A DNA stretch of 64,000 nt, taken from Thermoleophilia bacterium (GTDB lineage Bacteria; Actinomycetota; Thermoleophilia; Miltoncostaeales; Miltoncostaeaceae). The stretch is taken from contig JADLHW010000097.1 in NCBI GenBank assembly GCA_020848615.1, positions 13,447 through 77,446 on the forward strand. The letters run 5' to 3'. Below the pieces are notes generated by a model. The model did not search any database. It saw nothing but the letters and a program-made list of their open reading frames with translations, and was not told the origin of the DNA. How positions within the stretch are numbered: position 1 is the stretch's first letter; every line of letters starts with the position of its first letter. Made by a program: the position numbers and the translations under genes. Positions 56,626 to 64,000 of the stretch are shown here, piece by piece.

Positions 56626-56927
56626 CCGGCCGGCGTCCGCCCGTGCCGCCGCCCCGCAGCGGGCGCCTGTTCTGGCTGCTGGCGGTTGTGCTGAACGTCG
56701 CGGTGCCCGGCGTGGGCCACATCTACGCGCAGATGATCGCGCGGGGCTTCGTGTGGCTCGCCGGGAACATGGTGATCCTGCTCATCCTCACGCGGGGCGA
56801 CGTGCCGCTCGCCGGCGTGCTGGGAGCCCTCGGCGCGCTGCGCGTGGCGGCCGTGGCGGACCTCGTGTACCTGCTCCGCGCCCACGCGGCGGAGCGGGAT
56901 TCGGGGAACGCCGGGACGGACCGCTAG
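56622..56927 (+). CDS. Small membrane protein (2-3 TM helices)
   Basis: 101-aa ORF. GTG 56622 overlaps the upstream stop. It has hydrophobic helices (LFWLLAVVLNVAVPGVGHIYA...). Confidence 0.55.
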   Translation: MTGRRPPVPPPRSGRLFWLLAVVLNVAVPGVGHIYAQMIARGFVWLAGNMVILLILTRGDVPLAGVLGALGALRVAAVADLVYLLRAHAAERDSGNAGTDR

Positions 56928-56961
56928 ACTCCCACGGTCGTTTTGCCGAGCGGGGAGCCGC

Positions 56962-57771
56962 GTGAGCTGGGACATCCAGTCAGCCGCAGGGGGCGCAGCC
57001 CAGGGTGATGAGGAACTGCGCATGCTGTGGCGCCGTTTCAAGGCGCACGCCGACAACGGCGCCAAGGAACGCCTCATCCTCACGTACGCCCCACTGGTGA
57101 AGTACGTCGCGGGCCGCATGAGCAGCGCCCTGCCCGCGCACGTGGAGGAGAAGGACCTCATCTCGTACGGCCTCATGGGGCTCATCGGCGCGGTCGACCG
57201 GTTCGACCCCGGCCGCCAGGTGAAGTTCGAGACGTACGCCGTCGCCCGCATCAAGGGCGCCATCATCGACGAGCTCCGGTCGCTGGACTGGGTGCCGCGG
57301 TCCGTGCGGGCCCGTGCCCGGCAGATCGAGCAGAAGGCCGCGGAGCTCGAGCACAAGCTGCAGCGGGTCCCCACCGACGAGGAGCTCGCCGCGGCCCTCG
57401 GCATGGAGATGGACGAGTTCCAGGCCGCCATCACCCAGATCTCCAACAGCTCCATCGTGGCGCTCGACGAGATGTGGAACGTGAACTCCGGCGGCGAGCC
57501 GCTGGCGCTCATCGACACCATCGGCGACCAGCGCATGTCCGATCCCGCCGCACTCCTCGACATCACCGAGCTGCGCGACACCCTGGCCGACGCAATCGCC
57601 CGCCTGCCGGAGCGGGAGAAGATCGTGATCGCCCTCTACTACTACGACCAGCTCACCCTCCGTGAGATGGGGGAGGTGCTGGGCGTCACCGAGAGCCGCG
57701 TCAGCCAGCTCCACACGAAGGCCATCCTCCGGCTCAAGGGCCGCATGCAGGGGGACGGCGAGGCCGCATAG
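56962..57771 (+). CDS. whiG: RNA polymerase sigma factor, FliA/WhiG (sigma-28) family
   Basis: 269-aa ORF. Region 2 is LISYGLMGLIGAVDRFDP...FETYAVARIKGAIIDELR. Region 4 is LPEREKIVIALYYYDQLTLREMGEVLGVTESRVSQLHTKAILRL. Confidence 0.9.
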   Translation: MSWDIQSAAGGAAQGDEELRMLWRRFKAHADNGAKERLILTYAPLVKYVAGRMSSALPAHVEEKDLISYGLMGLIGAVDRFDPGRQVKFETYAVARIKGAIIDELRSLDWVPRSVRARARQIEQKAAELEHKLQRVPTDEELAAALGMEMDEFQAAITQISNSSIVALDEMWNVNSGGEPLALIDTIGDQRMSDPAALLDITELRDTLADAIARLPEREKIVIALYYYDQLTLREMGEVLGVTESRVSQLHTKAILRLKGRMQGDGEAA

Positions 57772-57776
57772 GCCGC

Positions 57777-57795
57777 GCTGCGGGCCCCCCGCAGC
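57777..57795 (+). terminator. Hairpin after the sigma factor gene
   Basis: The 8-bp stem GCTGCGGG / CCCGCAGC has loop CCC and starts 6 nt after stop 57771. There is no T-tract. Confidence 0.4.
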
Positions 57796-57900
57796 CCCAC
57801 GGGGCGCGGCCGCAGCGGACGTGGTTGAAGTGCCCCTCGCGCGGGGGGCGGGATCGAGGGTACCCTTGGCTCCCGACCCAACGTGACGAAAGGCACGAAG

Positions 57901-59958
57901 ATGGCCCACGAGAGCCCTGACAAGCTCCGCAACGTGGCCGTCCTGGGGCACCGCGGCAGCGGCAAGACAAGCCTCGTCGAGGCGATGCTCTTCGCCGCCG
58001 GAGGGACCAACCGGCGTGGCCAAGTACCCGCCGGGACCACCGTCGCGGACTATGAAGAGGAGGAGAAGCGCCGGGGGATGTCCATCTCCGCCGCGCTCAC
58101 GAACGCCCGCTGGCAGGGCGTGAAGGTGAACCTCCTCGACACCCCGGGTGAGCCCTCGTTCCATGCGGACACCCTGTCCGTCCTACCCGCCGTCGACGCG
58201 GCCCTCATGGTCGTGAACGCGGCGTCCGGCGTCGAGCTGCAGACCCGCCGCCTGTGGCAGCGGTGCGAAGAGCTCGGACTGCCGCGAGCGGTGGTCGTGA
58301 ACATGCTCGACCGCGAGCGCGCAAGCTTCGACGAGGCGATCGCCGCGCTGCGCGAGATGGCGCCGGGTTGCGTCGCCCTGCAGATGCCCATCGGCGCCGA
58401 GCACGACATCTCCGGTGTCGTGAGCCTGGTGTCCATGACGGCCAGCACGTACGACGGCGGCGCGACCGGGACCCCCGGCCCCGTGCCGGCGGACCTCGCG
58501 GACGCCGCGCGCGCCGCCCGCGACGCGATGGTGGAGTCCGTCGCCGAGACCGACGACGAGCTCATCGAGAAGTACCTGTCCGGCGAGGAGATCTCCACGG
58601 ACGAGCTCATCGCCGCGATCCGCGCCGGCGTGCGCGAGGGACGCCTGTTCCCCGTGGTGTGCGCCGCGTCCGACCGCGGCCTGGGCGCCGACCGCGTCCT
58701 CGACCTCATCATCGAGGCCCTCCCGTCGCCGCTGGAGGCCTCGCCGCGCACCCTGACGGGCGCGGACGGCACCCCGGTTGCGGTGTCCTGCGCCGAGGAC
58801 GGCCCCGCCGTCGTCTACTGCTTCAAGACCCTCGCCGACCAGTTCAGCGGCCGCATCAACCTGCTGCGGAGCTTCACCGGCGTGCTGCCGTCCGACAGCC
58901 ATGCGGCCGGGACGGGCGGCACCAAGGAACGCGTGGGCCAGCTGTTCACCCTGCTGGGCAAGGACCACCAGGGCCTCACGGCGATCGGCCCGGGCGACAT
59001 CGGCGCCGTCGCGAAGCTGAAGGAGCTGTGCACGGGCCACGTGCTGGTCACCGGCGGCCCCGTGCCGTCCATGGCGGGCGTGACGCTTCCGCCCGCGGTG
59101 ATGAGCTTCGCGGTGACCGCCGCCGACGGCGGCGACGAGGACAAGCTGTACCAGTCCCTCCGGCGCCTCTGCGACGAGGACCCGACCCTCGACGTGCACC
59201 GTGACGAGCAGACCGGTGACCTCATCGTCGGCGGCCTGTCGCAGCTGCACGTGGAGGTGGTGGGGGAGCGCCTCATGCGCCGGTTCGGCGTCGGGTTCGA
59301 GCTGCACCCGCCGCACGTGCCGTACAAGGAGACCATCACCGCCGAGGCGAAGGCCGAGGGGAAGCACAAGAAGCAGACCGGCGGCCGCGGGCAGTTCGCG
59401 GACTGCTGGCTCAGGGTGGAGCCCCTGCCGCACGGCGCCGGGTTCGAGTTCGTCGACAAGATCGTCGGCGGCGCGATCCCGCGGTCCTACATCCCCGCGG
59501 TCGAGAAGGGCGTGATCGAGGCGATGCAGCGCGGTGAGCTGGGCGGCTACCCGGTCGTGGACGTGCGCGTCACCGTGTACGACGGCAAGTACCACGCCGT
59601 CGACTCATCGGAGATGGCGTTCAAGATCGCCGGGCAGCTCGGCATGAAGGCCGCCCTCGCCAAGGCCCACCCGGTGCTGCTGGAGCCCATCATGACCGTG
59701 TCGGTCACCGTGCCGAAGGAGTCCGTCGGCGACGTGATGGGCGACCTGTCGGGCCGGCGCGGGCATCCCCTGGGCATGGAGGTCATCGGCGACCTCGAGG
59801 TCGTGCGCGCCGAGGTCCCCATGTCGGAGATGCTCTCCTACGCGCCGGACCTGCGCGCCATGACCGGCGGGCAGGGCGAGTACACGATGGAGTTCGCCCG
59901 CTACGAGGAGGTGCCCGCGCACCTCGTCGACCGGGCGGTGGCCGCCGCCACGGCCTGA
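57901..59958 (+). CDS. Elongation factor G paralogue (EF-G2-like translational GTPase)
   Basis: ATG 57901 is preferred; ORF-track GTG 57883 is possible. The G1 motif is divergent (GHRGSGKTS); G3 is DTPG and G4 is NMLD. All five EF-G domains are present, for example ...KKQTGGRGQFA.... Confidence 0.9.
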   Translation: MAHESPDKLRNVAVLGHRGSGKTSLVEAMLFAAGGTNRRGQVPAGTTVADYEEEEKRRGMSISAALTNARWQGVKVNLLDTPGEPSFHADTLSVLPAVDAALMVVNAASGVELQTRRLWQRCEELGLPRAVVVNMLDRERASFDEAIAALREMAPGCVALQMPIGAEHDISGVVSLVSMTASTYDGGATGTPGPVPADLADAARAARDAMVESVAETDDELIEKYLSGEEISTDELIAAIRAGVREGRLFPVVCAASDRGLGADRVLDLIIEALPSPLEASPRTLTGADGTPVAVSCAEDGPAVVYCFKTLADQFSGRINLLRSFTGVLPSDSHAAGTGGTKERVGQLFTLLGKDHQGLTAIGPGDIGAVAKLKELCTGHVLVTGGPVPSMAGVTLPPAVMSFAVTAADGGDEDKLYQSLRRLCDEDPTLDVHRDEQTGDLIVGGLSQLHVEVVGERLMRRFGVGFELHPPHVPYKETITAEAKAEGKHKKQTGGRGQFADCWLRVEPLPHGAGFEFVDKIVGGAIPRSYIPAVEKGVIEAMQRGELGGYPVVDVRVTVYDGKYHAVDSSEMAFKIAGQLGMKAALAKAHPVLLEPIMTVSVTVPKESVGDVMGDLSGRRGHPLGMEVIGDLEVVRAEVPMSEMLSYAPDLRAMTGGQGEYTMEFARYEEVPAHLVDRAVAAATA

Positions 59959-59971
59959 GATCGCTCCGCGT

Positions 59972-60002
59972 CCCGGCCGGCCACCGCCCGTGGCCGGCCG
60001 GG
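59972..60002. terminator. Strong GC hairpin between the convergent EF-G2 and helicase genes
   Basis: Perfect 13-bp stem CCCGGCCGGCCAC / GTGGCCGGCCGGG with loop CGCCC, 14 nt after stop 59958. Confidence 0.55.
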
Positions 60003-60084
60003 AACCGCGGTGCGTGTCAGCCCGGGGCGCCCACCCGGATCGCGCCGACCCCCCACCCCGGCGCGCCGTCACCCGCGGCGGCGG

Positions 60085-61773
60085 TCAGTCGGTGTAGCGG
60101 CGGATGGTGGTGCGCTTGCCGCGGATCACGGACCCGCGCATCACCGCGATGACGTTCTCGATCACCGCCTCGGGGACCCCCACGACGCTGAAGTTCTCGG
60201 CGATGCGGATGGGGCCGATCTGCCGGCCCTCCAGGCCGCTCTCGTTCGCGATCGCGCCCACCAGGTCGCCGGGGCGCACGCCCGCCTTGCGGCCCATGCC
60301 GACGAACAGGTAGCCGGTGGGCTCCTGCCCGCCGCCGCGGGGACGGTCCTGTGGACGGCCGGAGGGCCGGGCGGGGGCCCGGCCGTCCTGGGGCCGGGCG
60401 GTGCGGGGCCGGCGCTCGAACCGGGTGGCGGCCTCGGGGATCTCGACCTCGTCGGTGGTGCCGCCGCCGGCCTGGTGCACCAGGCGGATCGCGGCGAGGG
60501 CGACGGTGCGCTCGTTGTGCTCCCCGGTGAGCCGCCCCAGGATCTCGCTGTGATCGGCGAGGTCGTCGGCGGTGAGCGACACGCGCAGGGCGTCGACGGT
60601 CTGCTCCAGGCGGCGGGCCCGCAGGTCCGCCACGCTGGGCACGCGCTGGGTGGCGATGGGCTGGCGGGTGAGGCGCTCGATGTTCGCCAGCTGCCGCTGC
60701 TCCCGCGGCTCGGCGAGGGTGATGGCGACGCCCTCCCGCCCCGCGCGCCCCACGCGCCCGATGCGGTGCACGTAGCTCTCGGCGGCCGACGGGACGTCGT
60801 AGTTCACCACGTGGGTGAGCACGTCGATGTCCAGGCCGCGGGCCGCGACGTCCGTCGCGATGAGCAGCTCGGCGGTGCCGTCCCGCAGCCGCGCGATCAC
60901 CCGCTCGCGGGCGGCCTGGTCCATGCCGCCGTGCAGGGCCTCCGCGCGGTACCCCCGGCCGTTCATGGTGGCGGTGAGCTGGTCCACCTCCCCGCGGGTG
61001 CGGCAGAACACCACGGTGGCCCCGGGGGACTCGACGTCCAGGATGCGGGCGAGGGCCGCGGGCTTGTGGGCGCGCTCCACCACGTAGGCGCGCTGGTGCA
61101 CCAGGGCCTTCCCGGCCTTCGCACCGGCCTTGCCGATCTCGATGCGCACCGGGTCCCGCTGGTACCGCCGGGCGATCGCGTTGATGCGGGGCGGCAGCGT
61201 CGCGGAGAACAGGACGGTCTGGCGGTGCTCCGGGGTGGCGCCGAGGATCGTCTCGATGTCGTCGGCGAAGCCCATGTCGAGCATCTCGTCGGCCTCGTCG
61301 AGCACCACGACGCGCACGCCGTCGAGGGGCAGGGAGCCCCGCCCGATGTGGTCCACCGCGCGGCCCGGCGTGGCGACCACCACGTGGACCCCGCGGTCCA
61401 GCAACTGCAGCTGGCGGCCGATGGGCTGCCCGCCGTAGATGGGGACCGCCCGCACGCCCATCCGCGCGCCGTACTTGAACACCGCCTCGCTCACCTGCAT
61501 GGCGAGCTCCCGCGTGGGCACCCGCACCAGTGCCACGGGCGTCACGTCCCGGCCGCGGGTCCCGGCGTCGACGTGCTCGAGCGCCGGGAGGGCAAACGCG
61601 GCGGTCTTCCCGGTGCCCGTCGCGGCCTGGCCCACCAGGTCGCGTCCGGCGATGAGCGGGGGGATGGCCTGCATCTGGATGGGCGTCGGCTCCTCGTAGC
61701 CGAGGTCCTCCAGGGCCGCGAGGGTCTCGGGCCGCAGGCCGAGCGCTGCGAAGCCGTCGGGTGTGTCGTCCAC
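60085..61773 (-). CDS. deaD: DEAD-box ATP-dependent RNA helicase (DeaD/CsdA-like with a DbpA-type C-terminal RNA-binding domain)
   Basis: The Q-motif is FAALGL...PTPIQ, followed by AATGTGKTAAF, VLDEADEMLDMGF, SAT and HRIGRVGRAG. The start is GTG 61773 or TTG 61782. The longer ORF-track N-terminus overlaps vapC and is rejected. Confidence 0.92.
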   Translation of the reverse strand: MDDTPDGFAALGLRPETLAALEDLGYEEPTPIQMQAIPPLIAGRDLVGQAATGTGKTAAFALPALEHVDAGTRGRDVTPVALVRVPTRELAMQVSEAVFKYGARMGVRAVPIYGGQPIGRQLQLLDRGVHVVVATPGRAVDHIGRGSLPLDGVRVVVLDEADEMLDMGFADDIETILGATPEHRQTVLFSATLPPRINAIARRYQRDPVRIEIGKAGAKAGKALVHQRAYVVERAHKPAALARILDVESPGATVVFCRTRGEVDQLTATMNGRGYRAEALHGGMDQAARERVIARLRDGTAELLIATDVAARGLDIDVLTHVVNYDVPSAAESYVHRIGRVGRAGREGVAITLAEPREQRQLANIERLTRQPIATQRVPSVADLRARRLEQTVDALRVSLTADDLADHSEILGRLTGEHNERTVALAAIRLVHQAGGGTTDEVEIPEAATRFERRPRTARPQDGRAPARPSGRPQDRPRGGGQEPTGYLFVGMGRKAGVRPGDLVGAIANESGLEGRQIGPIRIAENFSVVGVPEAVIENVIAVMRGSVIRGKRTTIRRYTD

Positions 61774-61867
61774 GTCGTCCAAGGGGTCGGGATGGCCGGG
61801 CGCCTCGGGGCGGCGCGGGCCGCACACCCTACGTGTCGGAGGCCCGCGCTTCCCGCCGGACTCCGGG

Positions 61868-62311
61868 TCAGCCCGCCGCGTGCTCGGGAAGCGGGTGGCG
61901 CCACCGGAGACCCGGGTACCTCGAGAACCCCCGGTCCGCGCTGAACCACGTCGCGCCCTGCTCGATCGCGATCGCCGCGAGGTACGCGTCGGGGACCGCG
62001 TCGCCCGTCGCCTCCGTCGCCCGGCAGAGCCGTTCGAAGATCGGCCAGTGGCGCTGCCCGGGCACCACGCGGATCGCCGACGGCCCCGCCCGGAGCTCAC
62101 CCAGGAAGTCCAGGGCGACCGGCAGCGGCGTCGGTTCACGGAACACGCGCGGATTCGTCACCACACGGAGGAAACCGGAGAGGACGACGTCAATCAGGCC
62201 GAGGGGCTCATCGCAGGAGCGGACGCGTTCGAGCCATGTGCGGTACTCGACGTGGCGTGGCGCCTCGGGCCGGTGGGCGAAGACAAGGATGTTGACGTCA
62301 GCGCAGCGCAA
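61868..62311 (-). CDS. vapC: PIN-domain toxin VapC
   Basis: 147 aa from TTG 62311. The N-terminal (M)RCADVNILVFAH... and ...PDAYLAAIAIEQGATWFSADRGF provide the PIN acidic residues. Confidence 0.8.
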   Translation of the reverse strand: MRCADVNILVFAHRPEAPRHVEYRTWLERVRSCDEPLGLIDVVLSGFLRVVTNPRVFREPTPLPVALDFLGELRAGPSAIRVVPGQRHWPIFERLCRATEATGDAVPDAYLAAIAIEQGATWFSADRGFSRYPGLRWRHPLPEHAAG

Positions 62312-62555
62312 CCAGCGGGGTGTCGTCGTCGAGCAGGTCGGTGAGACGCCGATTGTCGGCGAGGTCCACGCCGGGCATGACCCCGCTGCCTCCGAACACC
62401 GGGAGCGGCCGGATGTCGGGCGCGGACGCCGGGGAGTCCGCGAGGACCGTGCGAAGGGCGTCCTCGATGACCCCGCCGATCGTGCGGCCCGTCTGGGCCG
62501 CGCGGAGCCGTACCGACCGGTACAGGGCGTCGTCGATGCGGATCGTGGTGCGCAG
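62298..62555 (-). CDS. vapB: VapB-type antitoxin
   Basis: The sequence (L)RTTIRIDDALYRSVRLRAAQTGRTIGGVIEDALRTVL is typical of VapB antitoxins. The homology-consistent start is CTG 62555. The nearest canonical in-frame start is GTG 62627. The stop overlaps the vapC start by 14 nt. Confidence 0.7.
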   Translation of the reverse strand: MRTTIRIDDALYRSVRLRAAQTGRTIGGVIEDALRTVLADSPASAPDIRPLPVFGGSGVMPGVDLADNRRLTDLLDDDTPLVALR

Positions 62556-62678
62556 ATGAGCACCGTGGCACCACCACCTGACATCTTGATGACATCGCCG
62601 TCGGGACGGCGTCGATCCCGCAGGCACGCCGCTCGAGGGGACATCTGACGGGTTGTCAGCCGTCCGGGGCACGCCGTA

Positions 62679-63614
62679 GTGTCGCCGCCGTGTCCCGACG
62701 CCACCGCCCGCGGCCGATCGTGGCCGCCGCCGGTGCGGCCGGGTAACCCCGACGAACGAGGCCCCCTGACACCGCGCACCGCCACCCTCCGCATCGCCGT
62801 GCTCATCGCAGCCCTCGGGCTCACGGCGGCCGTCCCGGCCATGGGCCTGGACATCCCCGGCACCACCACGAGCACCTCCGGGCAGGCGCCCTCGGCGCCC
62901 GCGCCCACCACGACGAGCGGAACGGGTGACACCGTCGCGGCCCCTGCCCCCACGGCGGCCGCCACGCCGGTGCGGCTCAGGCTGGGCTCGCGCGGCCCGA
63001 TGGTGCGGGACCTGCAGCGGGAGCTGCGCCGCCGCGGCGCGAGGATCGCGGTGGACGGCGCGTACGGGCCCGGCACCCGGCGGGCGGTGCTGCGGCAGCA
63101 GAAGCGCCTGCACATGGCGGTCACGGGCGTCGCGGACCAGCGGCTGCTGGCCAGGCTCGGCATCCAGACCCTGGGCATCGCCTCCCTCAAGGTCACCGCC
63201 ACGGTCCCGCCGGGCGTGCGGATGGACCGGTGGCCCACCACCGGCCGGTTCGAGTCGCCGTTCGGCATGCGGTGGGGCCGCATGCACGAGGGCATCGACA
63301 TCAGCAACGCCCAGGGCACGCCCGAGCGGGCCGCGCTGGCGGGCACCGTGAGCTTCGCCGGGCGGCAGTCCGGCTACGGCGACATCGTGAAGATCGACCA
63401 CGGCAACGGCGTCGAGACCCGCTACGCGCACATGTCCGCGATCCGCGTCGCCGAGGGCCAGGTGGTGGCCTCCGGGGACGTCGTGGGCCTCATGGGCGCC
63501 ACGGGCAGCGCCACCGGGGTGCACCTGCACTTCGAGGTGCGGGTGGACGGCATCGCATACGATCCGCTCACCGCCCTGCCGCCGCGACCGGGAACGGTGC
63601 TTCCCGGACTGTGA
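62679..63614 (+). CDS. Secreted M23 metallopeptidase with a peptidoglycan-binding (PG_binding_1) domain
   Basis: The signal peptide is ...LRIAVLIAALGLTAAVPAMG. PG_binding_1 is GSRGPMVRDLQRELRRRGARIAVDGAYGPGTRRAV. The M23 motifs are HEGIDIS...YGDIVKIDHGNG...GATGSATGVHLHFEV. The start is GTG 62679 or GTG 62733. Confidence 0.88.
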   Translation: MSPPCPDATARGRSWPPPVRPGNPDERGPLTPRTATLRIAVLIAALGLTAAVPAMGLDIPGTTTSTSGQAPSAPAPTTTSGTGDTVAAPAPTAAATPVRLRLGSRGPMVRDLQRELRRRGARIAVDGAYGPGTRRAVLRQQKRLHMAVTGVADQRLLARLGIQTLGIASLKVTATVPPGVRMDRWPTTGRFESPFGMRWGRMHEGIDISNAQGTPERAALAGTVSFAGRQSGYGDIVKIDHGNGVETRYAHMSAIRVAEGQVVASGDVVGLMGATGSATGVHLHFEVRVDGIAYDPLTALPPRPGTVLPGL

Positions 63615-63626
63615 GGTGATGGCCGG

Positions 63627-64000
63627 GTGTTCGTCGCCCAGCTCGTCGCGCTGATCGACCGCCTCGCCCCCGTCCACCTCGCGGAGGACTGGGACAACGT
63701 CGGCCTCATCGTGGGCCGTCACAACCGGACGGTGCGGCGCGTGCTGGTGGCGCTGGAGCTGCGCGGCGACGTGCTGCACGAGGCCCGCGAACGGGGCTGC
63801 GACACGATCGTGGTGCACCACCCGCCCATCTTCCCGGCGATCGCCGCCCTCACGGACGCGGCGCCCGCCCGGGAGCTGGTGCTCACCGCCGCGGAGGAGC
63901 GCATCGCGGTCGTCGCCGCTCACACGAACCTGGACGCCGCGGCCGGTGGGCTGAACGACCAGATGGCGCTCATGCTGGGCCTGCAGGACGTGCGTCCCCT
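63627..64000 (+). CDS. Nif3-family dinuclear metal-centre protein (GTP cyclohydrolase 1 type 2 homologue), N-terminal part; 3' end lies outside the window
   Basis: GTG 63627. The sequence has APVHLAEDWDNVGLIVG...TIVVHHPPIF...AAHTNLD. The ORF runs off the window end. Confidence 0.85.
   Translation, partial: MFVAQLVALIDRLAPVHLAEDWDNVGLIVGRHNRTVRRVLVALELRGDVLHEARERGCDTIVVHHPPIFPAIAALTDAAPARELVLTAAEERIAVVAAHTNLDAAAGGLNDQMALMLGLQDVRP

Noticed and set aside
61774-62139. N-terminal 120-aa extension of the helicase ORF given in the ORF track (start 62139).
   Set aside because: The extension is Arg/Ser-rich, lacks helicase motifs and overlaps the well-supported vapC gene in another frame. The Q-motif region begins just after GTG 61773.

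Overview
This is a very GC-rich, gene-dense chromosomal segment: third codon positions are almost all G/C. It looks like conserved core genome of a high-G+C actinobacterium (taxon is inference from gene order and motifs). I call about 70 CDS. Many are linked by 4-nt start/stop overlaps (ATGA/GTGA).

Recognisable blocks, in order:
- PBP fragment, pfkB, guaB3 and guaA.
- rplM, rpsI, glmM, glmS, acpS, nnr, alr and cca.
- A cell-wall cluster: lgt, two NlpC/P60 hydrolases and an M23 peptidase.
- A DeoR-controlled sugar/polyol locus: BtpA/SgcQ, FGGY kinase, SDR and a 4-gene ABC importer.
- A complete actinobacterial-type suf operon: sufR / sufB, sufD, Rieske, sufC, sufS, sufU, sufT, HesB.
- An FHA-domain protein, 7Fe ferredoxin, Mrp/ApbC, RpiB, a WhiG/FliA-type sigma factor, an EF-G paralogue, a DEAD-box helicase and a VapBC pair.
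- A second M23 peptidase and a Nif3 fragment.

I see no rRNA, tRNA, CRISPR array, transposase or integrase. Unexplained intergenic space is small, at most about 230 nt. I do not see a clear-cut novel multi-gene system such as a defence island.

The most unusual items are:
1. Two paralogous orphan proteins sharing a strongly conserved C-terminal motif, flanking an exporter/cupin cluster with operator-like repeats.
2. The BtpA-containing sugar locus, whose substrate is unassigned.
3. Three genes (glmM, acpS, vapB) whose conserved N-termini coincide with non-canonical codons (GTC, ATC, CTG).
4. An SD-sequestering hairpin in the divergent hydrolase promoter region.
5. An internally deleted thioesterase remnant.

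All functional calls are from motif recognition by eye; no database search was run.
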